Positions 1 to 12,951 of a stretch of DNA of 64,000 nt are shown in pieces (the first letter of the stretch is position 1; each line of letters starts with the position of its first letter). The notes under the pieces are model-generated. The model was not told the origin of the DNA. It ran no database searches and saw only the letters and a program-made list of their open reading frames with translations. Where the stretch lies: contig JAKIMF020000001.1 of NCBI GenBank assembly GCA_022605425.2, positions 1,736,001-1,800,000 of the forward strand, in the 5' to 3' direction. A program made the position numbers and the translations under genes. This DNA is from Hamiltosporidium tvaerminnensis FI-OER-3-3. Taxonomy: Eukaryota > Fungi > Microsporidia.

Positions 1-501
1 AGCTAATATTTCTTATATTTTAAAATTATTTTTATTACATTCGATTAAATTATTCTGTAAAAAATTATATTATTTAAAATCCAACAAACTTGGAATTAAA
101 TATTATCTTACAAAACATCATAATAATTTGTACTCATCCGTTGTCTTAATTAATCTATAAATAGGTTAATAGATAAATGATTTTTTTATTCTTTCTATCT
201 TTACAATCTGAATTTACTTTTAATATATTTTGGATAAAATAAGAAAAAAAACATGAAAAAATTTAATCTGACAATTTGAAGTATAAAATAATTTTTTTAT
301 TACGATAAATCGCTTAAAAGAATATCTTAAAGAAAATAATTTTATTTTACACAAACAGAATAGTTTTTAAAACAAAAAAAATAATTTAAACTAAACGAAT
401 ATTAGTATAAACCCAATAATTTAAACTCTATGCTATTGATTTTCGAAAAAAACCACATTTTTTACAAAATTACTTTAAAAAATAACATAAAGAATATATT
501 T

Positions 502-3500
502 TTAATAAAAGTCACAAGTCATCTCCAGCAAACTTTCCAATTCACTTTGTTTTACAGACATAACAGTACAAATTCTATCACGATCTAATTTCCAATATAA
601 ATTTAAAATATCGAAGTCAATAAAATTTAAAGATCGGGTTTTTTTAGGGCAAATCGTTAAAATAAAATCTGTATCTATACAAAATCCTGAATTTATAATA
701 CTTTGTAGATGTAATAAACTATTATATTCTCTTTCTGTAATTTTATTATCCATTCTTGAAATTACTCCGATAGATCCAAGTTCAGTAGAAAAATATACCA
801 CATTGCTTGAAGCCTCTTTTTCCCCGAATCTAGAATTTATAAAACGATTTGATTTGTCGAATGTATTGTTTTGCATACTTGTAATACTTTCTTCGTATAG
901 AAACCATGCTTCTGCAATGAGGTGTTCATCTAATCCCTCCATAATTAAAAATGTTCCCATTCCATCTCCTATCATCAATCTATGATCTATAAATACCATC
1001 TGCTCTGCAATAATTCGTCTTGGAAATCTCAGTTCTTCGGTAATAGAACTTTTTTCTATATTCATATCGTATAAACTAACAGTTCTAGTCAAATCTCCCA
1101 CAGCAATCGAACATCCATTAATTTTAATTACCCAAGGAGTAATTTGGTGCTTTACTGAACATACATCAACCAAAGCTTTACCAACAATTTTAAAAACATG
1201 TATTGCGGTACCAAAAGAAGCAACAACCACATTACCACTCAAATCCAATCCAAACACAAGACCAGGTTTTGATATTTCAAATAATATTTTCATTTTATCT
1301 TTTATCTCAATATATACCAATTTTCCAGTTGGCTCAGAAGAATTCACATTTAAAGTAACCACAATTTTATTTTTATCATTTGCTACTCCTCTCATTAAAA
1401 TTTCATTGGAAAATACCAGAGAATCTTTAACTCTGTTATTATCATACAAAACCAACTTACTTATTAATAAATGAGAATCAGATTTTATATCTTTTAACAT
1501 TTCATTTTTTTCATTTTTATTTGAAATTATTGTTTCACGATTCGTATTTATCGATTTAGGAATTTTATTCTTATATTCCGGGGTATTTATATTGATATTT
1601 TCAGAAGAACCATAATATTCATTTTCAAGTATTGAATCTTCTTCTGAATCATATTTAGTAAATCCTCCAATCATTCTTGAAGTATCTTTGAAAACCAAAA
1701 TAAGTCTTACATCATTATCAATTTCATATTTTGTAATTTTATAAGAAGGTTTCGGATCAAATATACACTCATATAATGTTTCTCCATTACAGATCAGTAA
1801 ATATATTTTATTTTTAGAATCATTTTCTTCTATAAAAACTTGGCTGGCATAAAAATATCCAGAAATATTTATTCCATATACTTTTACCGTTGAAATATTA
1901 GTCAAATTAATAAATAGCGGTTCTTTTCCAGTTGTAATTAAAAATCCATTTTTTAAATTTACTATTTCATTTGTAGGATACATTTTTTTACAGATAAGAT
2001 TTGGAACAACATTAATGTTTAGATTTGCAAGACTTTCGTCAGTAAACATATCACTATTTGTATTATAATATGCTTCTTGTTCTCTACAAGTATTTTCATC
2101 TTCTAAAATAATTACTTGATCTGGTCTGTCCATATGCAATGAATATATTTTACCTGATATATCACTTAAAAGTAAAACATTCTTATAAAAAGCCCCACTT
2201 ATAATACATTTGAGTTCAAATATTTTTTTGACATTTAGTTTGCTATCCAAAATTAAAAAATCATTTGTAAACGTAGATATTAAAATTCTAAATGATTTTT
2301 TGGTATTTTCTTCTGAGGACTTTTGAAATACAGAAGGAATAGAACATTCAGAATCTGGATCCATTTTTTGAATATTAATTACATTTACATTTCTTTTGGG
2401 TTCTTCTATTTTTTTGGAAACTTTTAATGCGATGAGAAAGGATATCTCATAATTAAAAACATTTTTTGTTAAAATTTCTAATTTTGGAAGATTCAATACA
2501 ATTAAATATTTATTTTCAGTAAATAAAAAACATTTTTCTTCGAGGAAATGGGAAATAGTTATAAATTTTAGATCAATAGATTTGCTTTGTAAATTTTCAT
2601 AGAATTTATAAACAGAAGATTTCGTATTAAAATATATCTTTTTCGATGTATTTTTATCACTTTGATTTGTTTTATCTATCTTAAGTATATTTAAATTAGT
2701 ATTGTCATGTAAATTTATAATTTCATCGAAATTTTGTAAAATTTTATTGCTGTCTCTATCCATGAGTTTACCAGAATTTATAAATGATAAAATATAATAT
2801 TTTTTGAAGACCAACCACGCCTTTTTTAAAGGTTGAGAAAATTGTACTTTCTTAAGAATTTTAGAAGATGCTATATTATCATCTTCGGGTAAAATATTTT
2901 TTGTCAAGGAAATATCACTTTCATCCTGAGAATCTAAATTTTTATTTTCGATTGTTTTTAATGGTTCTTTGAACGTTTCAACATTTCTATCTTTATTTGT
3001 TGCTTCATCAGAAAAAGAAATATCAAAAGATAATTTACACAAAAGATTTTGACAATATTTTCCAGAAACAAAATATAAATTATTATCATTATTAATTAAA
3101 TTATGAAAATTAGAAAAGTTCAAAATAACTTTCATATACATTGATTTGCTAGTATCAATCAGGTATGAATCACCAAAGTTTGAAAATGCCAATATTTTTT
3201 CATCGGTTAATTCTACAATATTTTCTACTCTACTCGGTAATTTTGCTATTACTTTTATATCGAATTCAAAATCGACTTCCTTTTGATCAGAAATTATATT
3301 TGTAATTTCATTTACATTTATATGGATAAGTTCATTTTCCTGCATACTCATTAATATTCCGGATTTTAAATCTATATAACAAATCATTCGTGGATTAGCA
3401 AAATCAGTTTCTGCATATATTTTATCTTTGTAATAAACTAAAATTTTTTGATTCGTAAATCCAATAAAATAAGAAATTTTTTTAGAATTTTTTGATACAA

Positions 3501-4329
3501 AACTACTTTTCTTATTTATTTCAGAAAGCTTAAGCTGGTTTTTTCTTTTCTTTTCTCTTTTATTTGAATGAATAACATTTTTTTGTTCATCTTCTATTTT
3601 AGGTGTACTTTTATTTCTTTTTAGATTTTTTTCTGGATTTTTCTGACTTTCAATTTGTGTAAAAACAGGAATTATTCCTAAAAATTCTTTTCCTAAATCT
3701 TTTGAACTTTCTAATTGAACATTTAAATTCACCGTGCTATATTCTTGTAAGAAAAATTTATTTTCATGATCTTTTGTTAGAAAAAGTATTTTTGAAGACA
3801 ACAAAACAAAATCAATTATCTGTAAAGAAAGCTGAGAAATTACTGGTGTATCGAACGAAATACTTTTAACTGACGGATATGCTACTAAAACTTGGTTGTT
3901 TTTTAAAACTACTACAATAATACTTGAAGAAGACCGAACCTTAACAGGTATGGAAAATCCAATGCTATACTCATATGTAGACTCATCTATCTCATTCAGT
4001 TCATTTCCTTCGCTATGATCATTTGTAAACCCCAAATCTCTCCAGGAACTAATAAGAAATCTTGTCATTAAGAAATTTCCATTGACAAACAAACTAAAAT
4101 TATTTCTGTTAGAAAAACAAAGAAGAATAAAATCCTCTTTGATCTTTAAAGATGTCATATGTGTTATAATAGTATGTGTATAAATCGTACCAATCTGTTT
4201 TAGTTCATAGTTATATAAATCTATTCTTTTTCCTTTACTCACTGCAACACATTCTATATTTTTAAATGTAGTTCTAGTTGCACATATTACAGAATTTGAT
4301 GGTTTAATTGTTTTTATTCCGTACTTCAT
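502..4329 (-). CDS. DDB1: DNA damage-binding protein 1 (DDB1/CPSF-A/SF3B3 triple beta-propeller family)
   Basis: 1275 aa. The N-terminus YGIKTIKPSNSV...VAVSKGKRIDLY resembles DDB1 (YVVTAQKPTAV...LLIAKNTRLEIY). C-terminal IAVGDLTRTVSL, FSTELGSIGVI and FIDFDIL match the CPSF_A domain. CCC motif 7 nt before the ATG. Confidence 0.8.
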   Translation of the reverse strand: MKYGIKTIKPSNSVICATRTTFKNIECVAVSKGKRIDLYNYELKQIGTIYTHTIITHMTSLKIKEDFILLCFSNRNNFSLFVNGNFLMTRFLISSWRDLGFTNDHSEGNELNEIDESTYEYSIGFSIPVKVRSSSSIIVVVLKNNQVLVAYPSVKSISFDTPVISQLSLQIIDFVLLSSKILFLTKDHENKFFLQEYSTVNLNVQLESSKDLGKEFLGIIPVFTQIESQKNPEKNLKRNKSTPKIEDEQKNVIHSNKREKKRKNQLKLSEINKKSSFVSKNSKKISYFIGFTNQKILVYYKDKIYAETDFANPRMICYIDLKSGILMSMQENELIHINVNEITNIISDQKEVDFEFDIKVIAKLPSRVENIVELTDEKILAFSNFGDSYLIDTSKSMYMKVILNFSNFHNLINNDNNLYFVSGKYCQNLLCKLSFDISFSDEATNKDRNVETFKEPLKTIENKNLDSQDESDISLTKNILPEDDNIASSKILKKVQFSQPLKKAWLVFKKYYILSFINSGKLMDRDSNKILQNFDEIINLHDNTNLNILKIDKTNQSDKNTSKKIYFNTKSSVYKFYENLQSKSIDLKFITISHFLEEKCFLFTENKYLIVLNLPKLEILTKNVFNYEISFLIALKVSKKIEEPKRNVNVINIQKMDPDSECSIPSVFQKSSEENTKKSFRILISTFTNDFLILDSKLNVKKIFELKCIISGAFYKNVLLLSDISGKIYSLHMDRPDQVIILEDENTCREQEAYYNTNSDMFTDESLANLNINVVPNLICKKMYPTNEIVNLKNGFLITTGKEPLFINLTNISTVKVYGINISGYFYASQVFIEENDSKNKIYLLICNGETLYECIFDPKPSYKITKYEIDNDVRLILVFKDTSRMIGGFTKYDSEEDSILENEYYGSSENININTPEYKNKIPKSINTNRETIISNKNEKNEMLKDIKSDSHLLISKLVLYDNNRVKDSLVFSNEILMRGVANDKNKIVVTLNVNSSEPTGKLVYIEIKDKMKILFEISKPGLVFGLDLSGNVVVASFGTAIHVFKIVGKALVDVCSVKHQITPWVIKINGCSIAVGDLTRTVSLYDMNIEKSSITEELRFPRRIIAEQMVFIDHRLMIGDGMGTFLIMEGLDEHLIAEAWFLYEESITSMQNNTFDKSNRFINSRFGEKEASSNVVYFSTELGSIGVISRMDNKITEREYNSLLHLQSIINSGFCIDTDFILTICPKKTRSLNFIDFDILNLYWKLDRDRICTVMSVKQSELESLLEMTCDFY

Positions 4330-4989
4330 TGTTGAGGGAGTCTGTTTTAAAATTTATTCTAAGTTTCAAAAAAAAGCAAGTTTATAACAATTTGTTTCTT
4401 ATGTTCATAAAGTTTATGGCGATCACAGCAAAAATTATTTAAAATTTTAAAAAAAGTAAATCAAATCAAATTTATAAAAATTTAAAAAAATGAAATTTAT
4501 TTTTTGGAAATTTTATTTTTATAAAAAGAAGTTATCTTAAAGTAATTCTAAAGATTTAATTTTGTAAGTCGAAACTCGATATTTAAAAGGAAATAAGAAG
4601 TTAATACATTTAAATAACGAATTAATTTGAATTTGATTTTTTTTAAGAAAAAAGAAGGGGAAGTAATTTTTTAGTGTCAATTAATTAAAAATATATAAAC
4701 CAAAGATTTAATAATAAAAGGGGGCAACCCTTAACATTTTTTAAAAAGCGAATCTAATAGTAAAATTAGTAAATAATGTAAATGAATTTTAAACATATAT
4801 GTTCAATTAACAATCAAAAGAATGAAAAAAATGTCTAAGGAACGCTACAAACGAAAAAATAGCAAATATATGATTTTTCCATGAATATTCTTGGACTATA
4901 CAAAGTAAAATGATATTAGAAAATGCAGCATTAAAAAAGAAATGTTTTTTTTAGTTTATATCCAAAAATAAATTAATTTTCAGAAACTG

Positions 4990-5901
4990 CCTATTTTAAA
5001 TGACCTATTCTGAGGAGCAGATGACATTTGCCAACATTGTAATGAATCTGGTAGAACTGTAGATCATCTAGCAACTCGATATGAGAAAATGCTAGATCAT
5101 GACTACACCAGACGGCATAATGAAGTGGTTGGATACCTGTAACTTCTCTTTCGAAATAAATTTAAGCTTAATTCTTCAAAACGAATTAGGATATATTCAG
5201 TTCAATAAGTTTTTGAAAATGAATATGCCGAGTTAAGCTTGGACACCAGAATAAAAACTGATTTCAAAATTTGTAATAATAAACCGATATGTATATTTTA
5301 GAAAAGAGGAAAAATTAGATAACACCCATTGAAGATAAATTACTTCCCAAGATTCACTTCAAATAGTTGAAACTGAAAAACTTAGGAAGTATGACCTGCT
5401 AGTTAATGAGCTGGGTCTTATTTAAAAGTTTAGTGTTGAGACAATATCTTATGTAATGACCTGGGACGGTTTTGTGACAAAATACCATAAATCATACCTT
5501 AAAAGCTTACAAATACCCCAAAATGTAATAACATACATTCAGTCTATAGTCCTTAAGAAGACAGTCGAATCAATTCCCTTTGATCGAAGAAGAGGACTTG
5601 AATCAGACCGAATGCCGAAGAAAGCTGGGAAAGTGCGTCATGGGCGTTATTGAGAGAGCCTAAGTGCACGAGGAACCACAGCCCCATTAAAACAAGCCAG
5701 TAACGAGAAATAATGTGTAAATAATTTTAAAACATTAGATAATAAATCCATTATTTCAGATTGAGGAACCAGATTATAGAAACCTACAAGAAAAATAAAT
5801 GAGAATTCGGATTTAGGCGAAGAACAGATAGAATTTAAGGAGGTAGAAAAAATTTATAAAATCTTTGAAAAACATTTCAACCCAGAAATTTATGTAATAA
5901 A
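4990..5901 (+). mobile_element. 5'-truncated, decayed R4/Dong-like non-LTR retrotransposon (zinc knuckle + REL endonuclease + 3' end)
   Basis: Translates to CQHCNESGRTVDHLATRYEKMLDHDYTRRHNEVV and MTWDGFVTKYH...YIQSIVLKKTVESI, homologous to 25553-26438. Ends in AACCCAGAAATTTATGTAATAAA like the other copies. Confidence 0.9.
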
Positions 5902-7507
5902 ATTAATTAATGTCTTAAAGCTTTTAAACGAAACAGTATCAAAAAAATTATATGATTAGTTTTTGGCTTGGATTATTTTCATGCTGTTAAGTTATTTATC
6001 CAGCACTAATATCTTTGATTGGTATATTTTTTTTGACAAATATGATATTTTCAAATCAGAATATGTGTTTAGGTCTTAATTTTCTCATTAATCTAAAGCA
6101 AAATGTTCTATATGTACCTGAAAAATATAGTTACTTTTCGTCATGCTTCTTAACTTCATATATTATGTGTTTCTTGCTATATTACTAAAAAAAGAAGTTT
6201 TCTTAAGATCGCTTCATAGAAATTTTTGAGTGAAAAACGCAGAGGTTTTTATTATAGCTATTTTAAGAAAATATTTTCCTTCCTTCTCACACATTATGGA
6301 AAAATGGTGAACCTAAAAAAAATCATTTGCACGCTTCAATTAAATAGATCTGGGCTTCTCTATGTTTTTTTGATTTTTAGTTTTGATGCGCGCTTGGTAA
6401 TAACGTACCATATATTCTCTTAATCTTCTCTTTTGAAGGAATATATATTCTGCGTTATAATTAAGTTATTGGGTTTTTTAATCCTATAAGTTACCTGAAA
6501 ATCCTTAAATTTAAAGTATAACCTTCATATTTTTTAAAAAGTATTTTTTTGCTTCGAATATAAGTCTTTGAGTTTATGAGAAGAAATAATAAAAAAAGCT
6601 TATAAAAACTAAAAGATAAAAGTTTTTTGATTATATAGGTCTTATTTATTTTCTTGCTCTATAATGAGTTAAGAATCTTAAAGTACCAAGATTATGTACT
6701 TGAAGTTTAATCATGTTCCTTGGAAATAAATCAAACAATTTGCTTTCAATATAACTTTTTCGTAAATTTGAAAATTTAATAATGGACTCAAAAACTCTAA
6801 AGATTTTCCAGGTAAAAGAATTTAGACTTGGAATTGACATAGTTTAAAAAAGTTTACGCCTAGGAGATTTAAAAATGATACAATGCTTGAAAATTGTCCT
6901 AAAATACATAAATTCATCTTCGAAATTCTTATCATCAGTATTTCTACACGCTGAACGTTTCAATATTTTTCAAGAGCCAAGCCAGTAGATATTAAATTTT
7001 TTTTATAAAATCTGGTCATAAATTATTATAAATAATCATTCGTATTTTTATGAGTTTTTTCGGCTTTCATTTTTCTATATGTAAAATTTTTGTTTTAAAT
7101 GCTTTAAGCTAGAAACAAACGCAAAATAAAAGTTGCGATTTAATAGGACAAAAAAATAGAATGTTCTCGAAATTATTCTGTTCTCTAGGTAATACTAGCC
7201 TTATTTGGTAATTAAATTTTAAAAATCTAATAGCAGAAAATGGAAACAAGTCATGGAACTGATAAAAATAATTTACTATGTTTACTAAGCCAAGGATAAC
7301 CATTTCAGATTGTTAAACTATTAGAAAATATATCTTTGTTATCAAATATGGATGATATGCAAATTAATGGCTTGTATTTCTAAAATAAAAATAATTAAAT
7401 AAATCCTAGGGAAAAAATTAAGTCAAGATACGACCTGATTTTTTTAGAAATTAGAGGTACATAATTAAATAATTTATTATTTTACTTCTTAATCTTTTAA
7501 TTCAAAT

Positions 7508-7745
7508 TTCATTCATTCATCCTCGGCACTACAGCTTTGTAAGAGCCTTGGCCACCCAAAAATATACCGTCCACCGGTCTTTTTATAGTGGGTTCGTTTA
7601 CTTTTTCAGGTTTCGTAAAAGGGGTTTTTAAAAGGTGGATTGTTAACCATACGCCCAACTCCAACCTGAAGGACCAGTCGCTTTTAGTCGCCTCTTACGA
7701 CAAGCAGAGAATATTCAAGCCAATTCTGCTCCCGGCATGGTAGGT
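7508..7745 (-). mobile_element. Bipartite RTE-derived non-autonomous retroposon (SINE-like), copy 1
   Basis: The reverse complement equals the RTE 5' leader (57397-57555) joined to the RTE 3' end (60414-60483), plus a (TGAA)n tail. Aligns along its whole length with 61075-61312. Confidence 0.9.
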
Positions 7746-7852
7746 AAATTAAATATAGCCAAGCAATTTTTTTTTTAATTTATCCTGATAAAATAATATT
7801 TTTTTAAAAAAATTAATATATAAGGAAATCTCTAAAATCTTGATTTTATTAA

Positions 7853-10195
7853 ATGAATATATATATTCTTCTTGATAGAAAATTTTTCTTTGAAGTGAAA
7901 CGATTGTGTAGCTTCAATTTCATTCTGTATATATTTTTACTATCGCGTAAGTTCATTGTTGGGAATATATTTTTTTATAGATTCGAAATAGTCGAGGAAG
8001 CTCAGCTTCTATTTTATAATGATGTGCAAAAACATAAAACAAATTTATCAGAAATCGAGGAAGAATATTATTTGAAAACACATTATACATTAGATTCTGA
8101 TTCATCAATAGAATCGAAATGGGCTTTTACGTATACAAAAGATAACTATATTGGTTTTGAGGTTCTGAATAATATTTTAGATGCCAATAGATCAGAAAAA
8201 ATTAACGGGAAAATCGAATGTAATTTTGAGTTAATATTTTTTCTAAAACTCACGAACAATATTTCATTATTACCAGAGAAAGTAAACTGTTATCAACTTA
8301 AGTGTATGTTACTAACCTTAAAATATCTTAAAGCATTAGAAAGCAAACACATTGGTACAGTTTTAAAAGGTTTACTTTTTAAAATGTATTTTGGTGAACA
8401 AATATGTTTTTTGAAATATAAAGAGAGTTTTCGTCAAATTTTTTTCGCCGAAATTGAATATTTTATAATAAAAAAACTCATACAGGCTTTTCTGAACATT
8501 TTAATGGTAAATCATACTTTCCATTCTCAAAATTTGATTTTACTCAAAAACTCAAATGAAATATTTGATATAACGCTCTTTAATGAACATATTCCTTACA
8601 ATAATTTGTTAGTAAATGATTGTAAGATATTATATATTTTAGAAAAGGCCTTCAAAAATTTATACATTTTTAAGATTTTTCAAATTATATTACATCAACT
8701 ACATATAAAATCATTAATAATAAACAATTTTCTAGGCAATGAAACAAATAACAAGACCTATTATTTTTCCATTTTCTCAAAGGAAATATTTAAATCAATA
8801 ATAATATCAAATCTTTATGGATCATTAAATGCAATTCTATATCAATTAGATACGGCTTTTGATGAAAATTTAGAATTTTTTAGTCTAAAAAATATAAATG
8901 TTGATTGTTACTATCTTGATTTCTTTCTGAAAAAAAGAAATCTTAAAGGATTGATATTAAATGATATCTCAATGGATGCAGACCTTTATAATTTTCAAGC
9001 CTTCGTGCATTTGATAAAAACGCTGGAATATGTTGAATTTTGCAATATTAAAATGAGTTATACTTGGTGGGTTGATTTTGTTGGGGCCTCAAATATTAAG
9101 CGAATTATACTTTCCTTTGTATCATCATTTCTAGCAGATTTTTTTTTAAAAGAGTTTACAAAGGTTATATCATATTCTAATGTTCAATATTTAGAAATCT
9201 GGTTTTCAAATTCTAAATTATATTTGAACTTTTGGAATTGTTTAGGGTATTTTAGATCCTTGCAAACTTTAAAGCTTATTAATTATATATCTGATATGAA
9301 TATAGAGCTTAATTTGTTTAAAGTAATTCATAATATGCAAAAATTAGAAAATTTAACAATCGAACACGATGATTATAGTGATTATTTCTATAATTTTCTG
9401 TTTAAGCGACATGGACTCAAAGTTTTGAACGTTAGAAATTTCTCATCAAATCGAAAAATCATAAAACTCAATCTATTAAATAATTCAAAATTTTTAACCC
9501 AATTAATTCTTAGCTATATAAAGATAACAGAATCTAGTTTGTTGGAAATATTTAAGTTAGAATTTTTAAAGGTACTATATTTACAGTTTTGTCAAATAAC
9601 TTTAACTAAAAATTCTGAATCTCATATAGCTTGGCCTAAAAACATCATATCATTATATTTTAAAACCTATAAACCAAATTTATGCAATAATATAGATATC
9701 TTAAGTGGGCTTGATTATTTGGAAAATTTATATTTATATGGATGCCAATCACTTTTCGGCTCTTTAATTGATCTAAGCTTGATGTGTAACCTAAATCTGA
9801 AAACACTTTCCTATAAATCCGATACTATTTACATGAAAGATTTACGGCGAATAAAATATCTTGAAGGACTAGAGGAGTTAAATCTTTCTAAATGCAGATT
9901 TTTTGGTGTTAAATTTTATGATTTAGGAGATGATTGTAAATTTATAAATTCTTTAAAGATGTTAAAGCTATTCGCTACAAAAATATGCCCAAAAGATTTA
10001 CTATACATACGAAATTTTAAAAATTTAAATTATATTAAGCTATCAAATTTCGGTTTTACTGTAATTTTAGAAAAATCAAGCTTAATTTCCCTAACAAGAA
10101 GTCATATTATTTCCAAAAAGCGTTATGAGGAATTTAAAGATGGAAACATTTTGAGAAATTTTTACAATGAAATTATAGGAAGCCATTTTTATTAA
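7853..10195 (+). CDS. Leucine-rich-repeat-like protein, probably of a lineage-expanded family
   Basis: 780-aa intact ORF. Repeated LxxLxLxx units in the C-terminal half (SLQTLKLIN, KLENLTIE, FLKVLYLQFC, YLENLYLYGC, GLEELNLSKC). Hydrophobic segment near the N-terminus. The start codon is uncertain. Confidence 0.75.
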   Translation: MNIYILLDRKFFFEVKRLCSFNFILYIFLLSRKFIVGNIFFYRFEIVEEAQLLFYNDVQKHKTNLSEIEEEYYLKTHYTLDSDSSIESKWAFTYTKDNYIGFEVLNNILDANRSEKINGKIECNFELIFFLKLTNNISLLPEKVNCYQLKCMLLTLKYLKALESKHIGTVLKGLLFKMYFGEQICFLKYKESFRQIFFAEIEYFIIKKLIQAFLNILMVNHTFHSQNLILLKNSNEIFDITLFNEHIPYNNLLVNDCKILYILEKAFKNLYIFKIFQIILHQLHIKSLIINNFLGNETNNKTYYFSIFSKEIFKSIIISNLYGSLNAILYQLDTAFDENLEFFSLKNINVDCYYLDFFLKKRNLKGLILNDISMDADLYNFQAFVHLIKTLEYVEFCNIKMSYTWWVDFVGASNIKRIILSFVSSFLADFFLKEFTKVISYSNVQYLEIWFSNSKLYLNFWNCLGYFRSLQTLKLINYISDMNIELNLFKVIHNMQKLENLTIEHDDYSDYFYNFLFKRHGLKVLNVRNFSSNRKIIKLNLLNNSKFLTQLILSYIKITESSLLEIFKLEFLKVLYLQFCQITLTKNSESHIAWPKNIISLYFKTYKPNLCNNIDILSGLDYLENLYLYGCQSLFGSLIDLSLMCNLNLKTLSYKSDTIYMKDLRRIKYLEGLEELNLSKCRFFGVKFYDLGDDCKFINSLKMLKLFATKICPKDLLYIRNFKNLNYIKLSNFGFTVILEKSSLISLTRSHIISKKRYEEFKDGNILRNFYNEIIGSHFY

Positions 10196-11640
10196 TAATT
10201 TTATAATATAAACAATTCACTTAATTAAATTTTTAGGTAAATATTTTTTTGACTACGTAATATGTCTTGACAGGAATTCTTTAAATCTGGCAAATGTAAT
10301 TTTTAACAAATTTTACTTTATATAGTTTAATTGTATTTAGTTAGAGTTTATTGCGGTAATATATAACTCGGCTTTGCAAAAGAAAAACCATGCTTTATAA
10401 TACTTTGTGTTCGCTTTTTGATATTAAGTTATCTTTTTAAGCAAGTATTTCAATTATATTATTTTAATAATATATTTTTAAACATTTATTGTAATAAAAA
10501 ACATTTTATCTTTATTCCAATATATTTGCTTAGCGAAAAACACTTTACTAACTTTTATATATTATAAAATTAATCATGCTCGGATTAAAACATCTAAAAT
10601 TTTCTAAAAGGCTTTTTATAAAAACTATAACACTTTGATTCAAAGAGAATATTTATAAATTAGACTTAATTCGTTCACGGCAATTTTATTATCCAAGTTT
10701 TATATTTGCTAAAAATCATAAGTTAGCTTTAGTACTGAACTTAAATTTTAATGTGCACTTTTTAATTTGGTTTGATTTAGAAATAATACATCAGAGATAT
10801 CTTAAACCATAGCTAAGGCTTTTATTCGAGCCTAAAATGAAGACTCAATTATGCTATAAAACTTCATATTTGTTAAATTTATAAAAATATAAAAAAATGA
10901 GAAATATTTAATAGTTTTCTCTTCTATATAGTTATGTTTTATAATTTTTTCATATCGATTCCAAAGCTTGTTATGATAATTTTCCACAATCGTCTATTAT
11001 AATATTATTTTCTACATTAAATGCGTATTTTCTTCGTATAGAGAAAAAGATACAATTATAAATTTTATACTTAAAATCAATAACTGCTTAGTATTACAAT
11101 TATCGAACTTACAATCTTGATAATGCTCTAAAATCTTATAAATATAATTTGCATAAATATAAAAGGTAAGAGAAAACACAGCAACAAAAATCCTTCAATC
11201 CTCATTAAAATATACATATTTCTTCTCAAGGAGATTTTATAAGATGTCCTTTTGATTATATCTTAGTCTAATGCGGAAGAATTTTTTATTTCATTATTTT
11301 TTTTGATTTCGTTGTATCAAAAGAGGATTAAACAAATACAATGTTAACATAGAAATTGCATACATTTTTAGCCGGTTAATGTTTATTTACCATAGATGTG
11401 AAATATTTGAAATATAGGATTTATATTTTCTCCTTTTTGTACTGCCTGTATAGAAACCATGGTATAATTTAAAAAAATCAGAAATGAGAAAAGCAAAGTT
11501 TTCTATGCTATTTTTAATACAAATTCATGTTTATTCATATTTAAATAATGTAAAATTAGCTTCAAGTATGAAAACAAAACGTTTTACTTGTAGGAAAAAG
11601 TTCTTTGCAACTCATTTATCAGGCGACATAGTAAGATGTA

Positions 11641-12888
11641 TTTATTAAATTATGGATTAGGAAGGTTTTATCTAATTTTTAATATTTATTCTGCTTCTTT
11701 AATCCTTTTAACTTCTTATTCTTCTAAATCATGACCTTTTTTTACTTCCGTTCGTTACAATAAAATATGATGTATTTATTTTTTTGTTTTAACATATTTA
11801 CTGTATAATTCTCATTATGAGCCTACTTAATGAGGGTCTTGGTTCCTCGTGTATTATGGCTCTTTATATAACACATATTGACTTTTTTCCCAGCTCACTT
11901 CGGCACTTAAACACGATCCAAGTTATGTTGGTAGTTCAAATAAAATTGTTTCGGCAATCTTTGAGAACTTTCAACCGTAAATAAAGGCATATATTTGTAG
12001 GAATTTGAAGACTTATAAGGTATTGCTAATAGTATTTTTTCACAATCAATCTTAGGTCAACACATAAGGAATTATCTTAACCCCACAAATATCAATAAGT
12101 TACAATTTATTAAAATAGATCAAGCTTCTTTTGTTCTTCTTTTTCAAATATTTGAAGTGGAGTTTGAGAAGCAATTCCTACTTACGTGGGTGTGTAATTT
12201 TTTGTCTGTTATTTAAAAAAAATATATCGGGTCTTTTTGTTCGAACTCTGACATCAGTTTTAATTCTGATATCCCCATTTATATCCCCATACATATTTTC
12301 AAAAATGCCTTGAAGCGAGCGGCTCTTAATCGTTTATAGTATCAAATTTGCTCTATTTAGAAGGAGTAAGTGTATGTATTAACAAGAATTATGCTGTCTG
12401 TTGTAGTATGTCCGAAATTTTTTTCACATCGGCTGCTAAATTATCTATAAATTTGCTAACTGATAGTACGGTTGACACTTTCCTTTTGCCGCCTATAATA
12501 AATTTCTATCCTGGGTATAGCAAAACACTTCATCAGAGTGTGGCCTTAAATTTCATTTTTTATGCCGTTTGAAGAGTTACTTTACATATAAGCTCGTTTT
12601 TCTTGAGTTATATAACTTTGAATGTAGTTTCCGCCTTTCTATTTCGTTATATAACTTTGCAAGTTAGACCTCTTCTAATTTCGCTTTTTAATTCTTATCT
12701 CGAATTATATTTTACTTTAAGGAAGCCTTTTTTTATACAAGATGGGTTTTATTAATACCTTCCCGTTTGAGTATTCCTGCTCTTCGAGTTGATATTTCTT
12801 TACTTTTTTCCAGACAATTCAAGAGTTATAAAAGCACATGAACACTTCGAAACTCAACACAACGCGTGCTCGTTCCGAATCTTACGCA
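11641..12888 (-). mobile_element. 5'-truncated, heavily decayed R4/Dong-like non-LTR retrotransposon
   Basis: Collinear with 25515-26800, e.g. TATATAACTTTGAATGTAGTTT and CACATAAGGAATTATCT. The minus-strand 3' end reads AATCCATAATTTAATAAA. Confidence 0.85.
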
Positions 12889-12951
12889 TTATAAATATAA
12901 AAAATGGTAATTAGAAATTTATAAAAATTAATAGAAGACTTAAGTTTTTAA